Shown in pieces: positions 1-8,500 of a stretch of 64,000 nucleotides of DNA (position 1 is the stretch's first letter; each line of letters begins with the position of its first letter). The DNA comes from a virus, in the IMG/VR virus record IMGVR_UViG_3300027733_000034, positions 32,001 through 96,000 of that record; one strand, 5' to 3'. Both the position numbers and the translations under genes were made by a program. The notes beneath the pieces were generated by a model, which was not told the DNA's origin, ran no database searches, and saw only the letters and a program-made list of their open reading frames with translations.

Positions 1-80
1 TTGGCCATTAATTATTTTAGCATTTCTCTCTTCTAGGTTACCTTACATGCCTATACATATAATTAAAGAAACAAAATCTG

Positions 81-257
81 ATGAATAAATTTAACTTAAT
101 TATTAATACTATATCCACTATTTTGCAAACAGTTTTAATTGTGTTGAAACTAACTGGATATATTAATTGGTCTTGGGGTTGGGTATTGTTTCCTTTTTGG
201 ATGCCAATTATTTTTATAATGATTTTTGGTATTTTTTTAAAATTATTTCTTAAATAA
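81..257 (+). CDS. small membrane protein (58 aa), not in the supplied ORF track
   Basis: Manual translation MNKFNLIINTISTILQTVLIVLKLTGYINWSWGWVLFPFWMPIIFIMIFGIFLKLFLK*; two hydrophobic segments; LKLTGxIxWSWxWVLxPxW is a motif common in small phage membrane proteins. Confidence 0.75.
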   Translation: MNKFNLIINTISTILQTVLIVLKLTGYINWSWGWVLFPFWMPIIFIMIFGIFLKLFLK

Positions 258-684
258 CTTTATCATTTTTAAAAGATCTGACTAGTATAAATTTTTTAAG
301 ATTTTCAGAAAACTCTAAGACATAAGTCTTAGAGTTTTTTCTTTCTACTATTGCGCCGGCTAATATACCCCCCTTAGCCAAAATAAATCCGAAACCAGCA
401 TCCTCTACATTATTTATTTGACCGTAAATTTTAAAAATTCCTTCTCCTTCTTCCAGTTCTGTGATTTTTCCAGTATAATAAAATCCGTCTGGTCTATAAA
501 TTTTTATAAGATCGCCGATAGTACATTTAATAATTTGAGAAGGTAAAACGATTCCATTAGTATCTGATAGATAATGTTCTACATCTAAACGAGGACCATA
601 ATTAGGAGAAGGAGAGTTTTGAGGAGTAGAATTGTCTGAAATAATACTACTCAACATAAGGATTGTTATTGCTATAATTTTCAT
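250..684 (-). CDS. hypothetical exported protein
   Basis: 144-aa ORF with an N-terminal signal-like segment (MKIIAITILMLSSII); start overlaps the upstream gene's stop (ATGA). Confidence 0.6.
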   Translation of the reverse strand: MKIIAITILMLSSIISDNSTPQNSPSPNYGPRLDVEHYLSDTNGIVLPSQIIKCTIGDLIKIYRPDGFYYTGKITELEEGEGIFKIYGQINNVEDAGFGFILAKGGILAGAIVERKNSKTYVLEFSENLKKFILVRSFKNDKVI

Positions 685-887
685 TTGTTTTTCTTCTTAT
701 TGACTATTGGTGCACAAACCCATTCTCGGTTTAAGAATGAGATGGAAAATCTTTCTGTTTTGGATTCAAATCCCTCATCTTTTAAATACTGTTTAAGAAT
801 TTTAACATGGGAACTATATTCGGGAGAAGAGTAGTAGTCGTGATCAAAAACACCCTTTTCATCAACTGGATCTATCCTAAAGCTCAT
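681..887 (-). CDS. hypothetical protein
   Basis: ORF track 681..911; start moved to the ATG at 887 because the longer start abuts the terminator; TATAAT 7 nt upstream. Confidence 0.55.
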   Translation of the reverse strand: MSFRIDPVDEKGVFDHDYYSSPEYSSHVKILKQYLKDEGFESKTERFSISFLNREWVCAPIVNKKKNK

Positions 888-909
888 AAGAATAATTATA
901 TGTAAAAAC

Positions 910-937
910 AAAAAAGCCCTCGTTGTGAGGGCTTTTT
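910..937 (-). terminator. rho-independent terminator downstream of hsp20 (probably bidirectional)
   Basis: AAAAAA-GCCCTC-gttgt-GAGGGC-TTTTT perfect hairpin with A/T tracts on both sides. Confidence 0.85.
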
Positions 938-963
938 AAAGTCTCTGGTGCTCAAGAAGTTGT

Positions 964-1458
964 TTAATCTACATCAATGATAATGTCTGAACTTGTGGGT
1001 TTGGTGATAGGAATGTATATCTTAAGTAAACCATCTTTAAATTTACTTCGGATGTGTTCCGTCTCTACTTCTTTAGCAATGCTAAACTCTAAAGTAGCGT
1101 TGCGATAACTGATTCCGGTGCGCAGATAGGTAACAAGATGATCTTCTGGTGGAATCTCATCTTGAGGATCTATTTTAATCACTAGTTTATTTTCTTTGAC
1201 CTGGATTTTAATATCTTCCTTAGTCAAACCTGCGAGGGCCACATGAACTTCATATTCGAAAGGAATATTGTCCTCTTTGGTTTTGTGAAGCAGGATGTCA
1301 TACGGATAGTGAACTCCCGGTGATTCAAAGGCCTTGTCCATGTCTTTGAAGAATGAATTAAACCAATTGTCGTTAAACAGTGCTGGTAATTGGTTGGGAC
1401 CATACACTGTGCCAATAAATGGCTTAGTATTATTTGTGGTAATAATTTTTGTTGTCAT
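964..1458 (-). CDS. hsp20: small heat shock protein, Hsp20/IbpA family
   Basis: YPYDI..., ALAGLTKEDIKI, YLRTGISYR, SKFKDGLLKIYIP alpha-crystallin motifs; common in T4-like aquatic phages. Confidence 0.92.
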   Translation of the reverse strand: MTTKIITTNNTKPFIGTVYGPNQLPALFNDNWFNSFFKDMDKAFESPGVHYPYDILLHKTKEDNIPFEYEVHVALAGLTKEDIKIQVKENKLVIKIDPQDEIPPEDHLVTYLRTGISYRNATLEFSIAKEVETEHIRSKFKDGLLKIYIPITKPTSSDIIIDVD

Positions 1459-1464
1459 ATTAGT

Positions 1465-1519
1465 ACTCCTCTTTCGAGCAAGTGTTGTTTTAATTCTAGT
1501 CTCTTGAGCTCCAGAACTA
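1465..1519 (-). promoter_or_regulatory. ROSE-like RNA thermometer in the hsp20 5' UTR
   Basis: mRNA ACUU-G-CUC-GAAA-GAG-GAGU: UUGCU pairs with the SD (AGGAG) leaving a bulged G, GAAA tetraloop; upstream 9-bp hairpin UAGUUCUGG/CUAGAAUUA at 1491-1519. Confidence 0.7.
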
Positions 1520-1526
1520 ATAATAA

Positions 1527-1730
1527 TTATCCTAGCAAGGTCAAAGAATTTAACAATTCTGCTAAAGCTACTTTAGATTCTTTTACAGTGATAGTATCAT
1601 CCGGATCTAAAGCTGGCCAAAAATCTTCAACTATTACATCCGGAAAATCTTCTAACGAAAGACTGGTTTGCTTTAAACATTCTTTTTCGGCTATACGTTT
1701 AAACTCCTGTAAGGAAATACAGACACTCAT
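1527..1730 (-). CDS. hypothetical protein
   Basis: 67-aa ORF filling the gap between co-oriented genes. Confidence 0.6.
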   Translation of the reverse strand: MSVCISLQEFKRIAEKECLKQTSLSLEDFPDVIVEDFWPALDPDDTITVKESKVALAELLNSLTLLG

Positions 1731-1740
1731 ACAATTTATT

Positions 1741-2562
1741 TTAATTGGTTTTTTGTTTTTTAGGGAAAAGAGCTTTGAGGGTGGTTTCTAAATCAGAATC
1801 TCGGTACAGAAGAGCCTTATCAACTCCGGTCCATAATTCCTGATTGAACTTCAAATCATCCTGAACCCTAGTAATACCGGATCCGATACGATTACCTCCC
1901 TGGGTTAGATTCTCTTGAATTACATTAAAGGTGGTCCATAAATCTGTACCCGCATCTGCTTCTCGGCGTGGTGCTAGGATAGTAGAGGCATCTACTTTCT
2001 TGGGCTGGGACATCCGATAACGAAAACGAATGTAATAAGCATACCGAGCTAGATAGGTTCGTTCTTCTTCTGTTAACTGTCTTTCCTTCAACAGCTGGGT
2101 TTGATTTACAATAGTGTCATATTGACCAAAAGCTTTTTCCAAGACGGTGTTGATATCTTCTGTGATACTCTTACCACTAGAAAGACGGTGAAGAGTGGGT
2201 TGAACTGAGGTCATCATTCCAGTAGGAGCAACTAATCCATTAGAACAAATTAATCGGAAGAATCCAAGAACCGTAGAAAATCTCTTGGTTAGATTGTGGC
2301 TATTGACGATGTTTACCTGTGGAAATCCCTCAACTACAGATTTTTCTATTTGGCTTTTATGAACCAAGGCGATATTATGCATACCGTGTCTTGATCCAGT
2401 TCCTTTTACAGAACGGATTAACCAATCATTATCTAGAGCTGAATTCAAGATATTGAGGGTCGATATGAAGTTGTACTGTTTTGATGCTTTGGCTGCTGGT
2501 TCAGTTGCGGCAATGGAAGGACAACGTTCAATGGCTTGATTTAGTGTTAGTGTTTCAATCAT
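1741..2562 (-). CDS. DUF932-family protein
   Basis: CPSIAA...SKQYNFIST, IVNSHN, GFFRLICSNGL, PRREAD..DLWTTFNVIQENL, NQELW motifs. Confidence 0.85.
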   Translation of the reverse strand: MIETLTLNQAIERCPSIAATEPAAKASKQYNFISTLNILNSALDNDWLIRSVKGTGSRHGMHNIALVHKSQIEKSVVEGFPQVNIVNSHNLTKRFSTVLGFFRLICSNGLVAPTGMMTSVQPTLHRLSSGKSITEDINTVLEKAFGQYDTIVNQTQLLKERQLTEEERTYLARYAYYIRFRYRMSQPKKVDASTILAPRREADAGTDLWTTFNVIQENLTQGGNRIGSGITRVQDDLKFNQELWTGVDKALLYRDSDLETTLKALFPKKQKTN

Positions 2563-2568
2563 GTTTAA

Positions 2569-2597
2569 ATCTTAACATGACATAAGGGGAAACTCAA
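2569..2597 (-). promoter_or_regulatory. sigma70-type promoter, leaderless start for the DUF932 gene
   Basis: TTGAGT-17 nt (ending TGT, extended -10)-TAAGAT-6 nt-ATG. Confidence 0.7.
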
Positions 2598-2604
2598 CTA
2601 GAAT

Positions 2605-2805
2605 CTAAGAGGGTGAGCCAAAAAAGACAGTCACTACCGCTTTAGAATCTGAACGGTGGTCTATACGATGGTCAATGTAACGCAATCCTCTGGCACCAAT
2701 GTCCTCTCTGATTCTGTGAAGTTGATTGGTTAATGATGTTTCTCTTTCAGCAAAGGTTGCATTGTCTGGAAGTTTGATGGATACCCGTACTTGTTCTGTT
2801 GTCAT
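2605..2805 (-). CDS. hypothetical protein
   Basis: 66-aa ORF, co-oriented and tightly packed. Confidence 0.6.
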   Translation of the reverse strand: MTTEQVRVSIKLPDNATFAERETSLTNQLHRIREDIGARGLRYIDHRIDHRSDSKAVVTVFFGSPS

Positions 2806-2817
2806 TACATTAAATAA

Positions 2818-3582
2818 TTATCCCCCAAAGCCAAAAGGACACCCTTTGGATTCTTTTTTATTGACATTGCCATAGGATTTTGGTTGTCTGAAGTGTCTTT
2901 GATATCTTTCAAAAAATTCTGATTGAGCTTTATTCCATATTTTTTTTAATGTAAATTCTTTATCCCAAGAATAAGAGGCTTTGAAATTTTCTCTCTTAAT
3001 AGGAATAGCTTGTATCATTGGGGTTTGCTTTGGAATCAAACCATTAAATCCTTTTTTCAAGAAAAATGGAAAATGTACAAATGCTGGAAATTTATCGGTA
3101 TCCACCAATCCAGATAGGCATCGAAACGGTAACTCCTCGTGATGTTGAGGATGTATAAATAGAGTAGACCATCCTGGAGGGGTTTTAATAATCCAGGGAT
3201 TTAAAAATTTAAAAGCGGTGGGATAGTAACCAAAAGGTACGGGATAAGAAGAATGTTGTTCAGTTTTCTGGACAGTTACTACAGATCCATATTCCCAAGA
3301 CCATTTAAAAGACAAATTTAATTCTCCAGCATTTTCCATCCATAGATCACAATAAAGAGGTATGTGATAACCAGCTCCCAAAGCATCAATTACTGGAAGA
3401 CATTTTTTAATGGTACTATTAGGATCCCCATACTGATCTACATCTGGAACATCGTGAATATATCTAGAGGTTTTAGCAAACCATTCTGGAGTCCGGAGTT
3501 TGGCTGGATAGGGTTTTTCTAGAATATCTGTCATAAATTCATTAGCAGCTATAAATTCAATCTCTACTTTTTTGAAAAACAT
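2818..3582 (-). CDS. conserved aquatic-phage hypothetical protein (DUF6065-like)
   Basis: PYPA...PEWF, TIKKCLPVIDALGAGYHIPL, KFLNPWIIKTPPGWSTLF, GLVDTD, TPMIQAIPIKRE; C-terminal GCPF. Confidence 0.7.
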   Translation of the reverse strand: MFFKKVEIEFIAANEFMTDILEKPYPAKLRTPEWFAKTSRYIHDVPDVDQYGDPNSTIKKCLPVIDALGAGYHIPLYCDLWMENAGELNLSFKWSWEYGSVVTVQKTEQHSSYPVPFGYYPTAFKFLNPWIIKTPPGWSTLFIHPQHHEELPFRCLSGLVDTDKFPAFVHFPFFLKKGFNGLIPKQTPMIQAIPIKRENFKASYSWDKEFTLKKIWNKAQSEFFERYQRHFRQPKSYGNVNKKESKGCPFGFGG

Positions 3583-3635
3583 ATAAGTATCTTATATAAT
3601 CCCTTGTTTAAGGCATTTTTCAACTAAATTTAAAT

Positions 3636-3884
3636 ATGGCAGATTACATTGTTTATGTCTCAAGTTACCAAATGGGTGATCGAATAATAAGGGGAAATTT
3701 TCCAGTAACTTTATTAGATCAATTAGCCTGTCCTCAACCAGTGGATTTAACTGAATTACAATTAAAAAGGCATATATTGTCTGAAGAGCCAGATGTTGCT
3801 GTAACAAAAATACAAACTTATATTACTTCTTTATCCGGTGAAACCCTAACCACTATTAAATCAGATAATATTTCTAATATTTAA
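3636..3884 (+). CDS. hypothetical protein
   Basis: 82-aa ORF leading the plus-strand structural cluster. Confidence 0.55.
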   Translation: MADYIVYVSSYQMGDRIIRGNFPVTLLDQLACPQPVDLTELQLKRHILSEEPDVAVTKIQTYITSLSGETLTTIKSDNISNI

Positions 3885-3887
3885 CCA

Positions 3888-3893
3888 TAAATA
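3888..3893 (+). promoter_or_regulatory. T4-like late promoter TAAATA
   Basis: TAAATA 7 nt before the ATG at 3901. Confidence 0.55.
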
Positions 3894-3900
3894 ATAATAT

Positions 3901-5493
3901 ATGTCTAAAACCTTTCAACAGTTCAGTACGGCAAACGCTACAGATAATCCTCTGAAGTCTACCGATTATTTGGTGGGTTATAGATCTGTTCCAGATAGTG
4001 GAGACCCCTACGAAATACAAGTCACAACTGCGGATCTGATGTCTCAAGCTGATAGGTTAATGCCTCTTAAAAATATAAGTGTTGATAAGATTTCTTATAA
4101 AGCTGATGGTGATAGTACTATCAGCAATTCTTTGGATAATAAGCTTAATGATATCAGAACCACGGCAGATTTTACTTCACCAGCTGCGGCTTGTAGATCT
4201 TGTAAAACTCAACGGCTTTTCATAAAAGGTAATTCAGGAACAATTAATCTTTATATTCCCGAAGACTTTTCAACTATTCAAGATGCTTTAATAGGAATGG
4301 CGGATTGGTATATTGAAAATGGAGCTTCTATAAATTTAAATGTAACTCAAAATTTTACATTTAGTGGTCCTATAGTTCTTAATCATCCTTATGGCAAAAA
4401 TATAAATATCATAGGAGCACCAACCGGTGGAGGAAGAATTACAATAAGTCCTCCAAATATTTCTTCTATTGAATATGATTTATTTTCTTGTTATGATGGA
4501 TATCAATTTGGTTTGATAGAAAATTTTTATATTCAGGGGGGGATTTTAACTCAATCTTATCAACGAACAGCTTTGAGACTTTATGGAGGTAGTTCTATAA
4601 TTTTAGGGACTAATAATATAATAGAGCAATGGTATTATGGAATATATTCAAGTAATGGATCTATAGTTAGACGCAAAACCACCCCAAATAATGCTTCTAC
4701 AATAGTTAGAGGTTGTTACGGGGTTGGTATATATGCTAGCTACGGAGGAATTATAGATATGCCTTATGCCGTGGCAATAGGTGGTGAAAATTGTGTGAAG
4801 GCAGATTACGGTGGTCAAATAAATTGTTCTTACGGCACTTTATCTGCAGCAACCTATAATGGTGCTGCAGCTTTTACTAATGCTCAAATTAAAGCTTCTG
4901 CCAGTACTTCTAGATCTAATGGAGGGTCTGGTTTTTATAGCAAAGATGGTGGAATTATAGAATGTTATGATATAATCCCTACGCTAACTGTCTCTGATTT
5001 GAATAATAGATACGGGTATGAAATGTTAAATGGTGGGGTTGTTTATGGTGGTCCAAATGTTGGCGGCTCTTCTAATGTTTTGGGAAAAATTAATACCTTT
5101 GTATCTACATTCTTTGCAACAGATATCGGAGCTACTGTGAATGCTAATAAAGGTTCTTTAACGGTAAGCACTTCTGATAATAGCTCTATTTATTTTAAAA
5201 CCAATACAACCAAAACCCAATTACAAATTGTAGACAATGCCTCTAATTCTTATCTTACTATTACAGGAGGTATAAGTTCTGGAGGATCTGCTGGTCCAGT
5301 GGTTGTTTCTGTATTAGGAGCTGATTCTGATTTACAAATCATACCCAAAGGAACTTCTAAATATATTCAATTAGGTAACAATGTTCAATACGGAGTCTTT
5401 ACATCTAGCCCAGACATTTCAGCCAACGGATATATTACCATAAAAGACTCTAGTGGTAAATCTACCAAAGTATTGGCTTATCAAGCTCCTTAA
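3901..5493 (+). CDS. tail fibre/spike with right-handed beta-helix (pectin-lyase-like)
   Basis: DYLVGYR N-terminus, YIPEDFSTIQDAL, repeated GIYAxxGGxI coils, C-terminal GYITIKDSSG. Confidence 0.7.
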   Translation: MSKTFQQFSTANATDNPLKSTDYLVGYRSVPDSGDPYEIQVTTADLMSQADRLMPLKNISVDKISYKADGDSTISNSLDNKLNDIRTTADFTSPAAACRSCKTQRLFIKGNSGTINLYIPEDFSTIQDALIGMADWYIENGASINLNVTQNFTFSGPIVLNHPYGKNINIIGAPTGGGRITISPPNISSIEYDLFSCYDGYQFGLIENFYIQGGILTQSYQRTALRLYGGSSIILGTNNIIEQWYYGIYSSNGSIVRRKTTPNNASTIVRGCYGVGIYASYGGIIDMPYAVAIGGENCVKADYGGQINCSYGTLSAATYNGAAAFTNAQIKASASTSRSNGGSGFYSKDGGIIECYDIIPTLTVSDLNNRYGYEMLNGGVVYGGPNVGGSSNVLGKINTFVSTFFATDIGATVNANKGSLTVSTSDNSSIYFKTNTTKTQLQIVDNASNSYLTITGGISSGGSAGPVVVSVLGADSDLQIIPKGTSKYIQLGNNVQYGVFTSSPDISANGYITIKDSSGKSTKVLAYQAP

Positions 5494-5502
5494 TATTGTT
5501 GT

Positions 5503-8500
5503 ATGTCTTCTGTTCCACTAAATACTCAAACTCCATTGACTTATACTCAATGGATTAATTATCAAAATGCAACAATTCATGAAACAAATGAATTTTTGTA
5601 TGTTGAATATCTACAAACTTGGTACAAATCTCAAAAAAATACCAGAACAGAAAATCAAAAAACACTCAAAGAACAGTATGTACAATTACTCAAAGATTTA
5701 AATTTTTTGTTCAAGGAGACTACTTCAGATCCTTTTCTGAAAGATATAAATTATGATAATGAAGAAGAATTAATATTAGCAATTCCATTTTTTGCTAAAA
5801 AACTTAAAGAAATTGCTAATGTTTTAACCAACAAACGAGAAACGGTCAAAAGAGCTAAATCTAGATACAATTCTATTGGCTCCACAGAAGGCTTACAGTC
5901 TCTTTTATATGAATACATATTAAAAAGTTTTACTCAAAATCAAGGACACATTAGTCAAATTCCAGTATTGGCTGTACAAGCTAAATTTCCAGAATTAAGT
6001 GCTATTAAAAATGATTTTTTTGTAGAAATAGAAGAGTTGCATGAACCTCATTCTTATCATGATAAAAATAATTTACCTAGTTTAGATTCTTTATTGAAAG
6101 GAGAAGAATATCTAGATGATTATTTTCCGTTGATGAATGTTACGGATGAAATGGTCTATAATATTATTTCTAGCAAGATATTGCCTCGCGTGTCAGAAAC
6201 CACTTTATCTACTTTATTTAAAGATTATTTGACCAATGTTTTGCAATCTAATAATAGCAGTGATTTAACCTATCAAATTAATGCTGAAATAGCTGCAACA
6301 GAAAAATATTTGGGAGAAAAGGTTTATGGATTGACTGCTGTTAAAGTAGAAGATTATACTCAACCAGATTATATTTTAAATAATACTTTTACTGTCGGTA
6401 GTAATTGGTTTTTATGGCCCACTGGATATCAAACTTTGACTGAGAAGGTTTATAATAACTCTTATGTTCCGTTAAACATTCAACAATCCAATTTATTAGC
6501 TAGTGGAGCGACTGCTGGAACAGATTTGACTAATTCTGATATTATATTTACGGATAAAAATGGAGTGGTAGAAGGTGCTTGGTTACAAGGACCGTATACA
6601 GAACCAAGAAACGGTATAACAGATTTAACTATTAAATCTGGAGAAATAACTGAATTTTTATATCCTTATGTTGGATTTGAGTTGTCCCCTAAAAGTTTAA
6701 CATTTAAAACTCATTCTTTAACTGGAAGGGATGTTAAATTGTTTAAGACTTTAACCATATCTCAACAGTTAACTACTTTATCAGATTATTATACACAAAC
6801 CTTTCCATCAACTGCAAGTAGATCAATTTATCTAAATCAAACCAATCTTATTTCCCAAGGAGCCTATGCTAATGCATTTTCTGATGCAGCAGACAGCATA
6901 ACCCGCAATCCTCATTCTTACACTCTGCCCAATGTTTATAATGGAGAAATAGAAAAGGCATATCTTTATAAATTTGATCGCACCGATTTGCCTATAGTAA
7001 CTGGAAATCAAAATATTTTATGGCCAGTCACCACTTATAGTGCTGGCATAAATTTGCCGATTACATTAAATGAAGAAACTAGTTTGCCGGTAAGATTAAT
7101 AGACACCAATGCAACCTATGATTTTGATGGAGCTGTTGCTGGTTTGACTATAGATCAAGCTGATATTATTTATAAATTAGATTCTAATGGTGATTTTACT
7201 AAAGCCATAGAAGGCGCTTGGCTTCAATCTGCTTCTATAAATACTCTGATAAGAGAAAATATAAATATATACGGACCTTTATCTGCAGTGAATTGTGCCC
7301 ACTATATAGAAGGCCCTATTCAAGGGGCTTTATCTTTTAATTCTGCAGGTGGCACGCGAACCTCTTTTGTTTGGTGTGGTCCAGATACCCGAGCGGATTA
7401 TGTATTCAAATTTACAGAACATGCCTCGGGGTGTCCTTATGTCAAAACCTATCCACATGATTATTATGAAGACCAGGATTATATAAATCCAGATCCTCTT
7501 TATGATAAAAATCATTGGAATAAATGTACTTGTAAGGCAGTTTATTATTCTCCATTAGGTCATGCCGGACAAAATTTTGAAGACTATAATTCTTTAACAG
7601 ATTACGTGTATGCTGATCCGTTTAATTTAGGAGACAATTTTACATTAACCGGTTGGAGAGATACACATGGATTAGATTATAGAGAAAGTCCTCAATTTGC
7701 ATTCTTTCAATTATCTCCAAATAATAAAGGAGATAATGTGGTTGGGTTCGGAGAAGGAAATTGGAAAACTTCTGATAAAAAATTATCTAGTGTTGGAGAC
7801 CGTTTAATTCTTAAAACTGGAAGAAAATATGTTTACTGCAGATCCAACCTCAGAATAGGAGCTTCTCGAAATATACAAATTCCTTCTTTTGTATCAAAGT
7901 TTCCATATAGTACTTTAAAAAGTTCAGTGCCAGATGATAGCAATTATTATGATATAGTAATAGCTTGGGACATAAGTCGTTCCCAAACTTATAATTTTGA
8001 AAAAATAAAAAAAGCAGTTGCTGAATTAGTTAAAGAAGCCACTTTAACCAAATCTCGTAAAACTCAAATTTCTGTTGTTACTTTTGGAACAAAGGCTTCT
8101 TTTGTAAGTTATTTGACCACCGATTCTTATTCTCTTTCTTTAATGGTGGATGGAGTAAAACAATTTGATTTTCAAAAAGATTATACCACCAACATAAGTG
8201 GAGCTTTACAGTTATCTCGAATATTATTAACCGAACCGTTTCCTTCTTCTAATAATTCCTTAGGAACTATTGCTGGGGTGTGTAACAATCTAAATACTAC
8301 TATAGTTAATTATTTAGGATTGCTCAAAACAGTTAACAGTCCAAATCCAAAAGCTAATAAGAAAATAGTTTTAATTAGTGATGGTATTGAAACAGCTCCT
8401 ACAGTAAATACTTTGGCTTTGGCAGATTCTATCAAGAAAGCTGGTATAGAAATAATGACCGTTAGTCTTGGCGAATTATCTATTACGGGTTCAAAAATGG

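Noticed and set aside
1460-1486. CIRCE-like half site TTAGTACTC upstream of hsp20
   Set aside because: The second half after 9 nt is GCAAGTGTT, not GAGTGCTAA; the sequence is better explained by the SD/thermometer hairpin
1390-1791. 133-aa plus-strand ORF
   Set aside because: Antisense to hsp20, its UTR and two further genes; no recognisable motif
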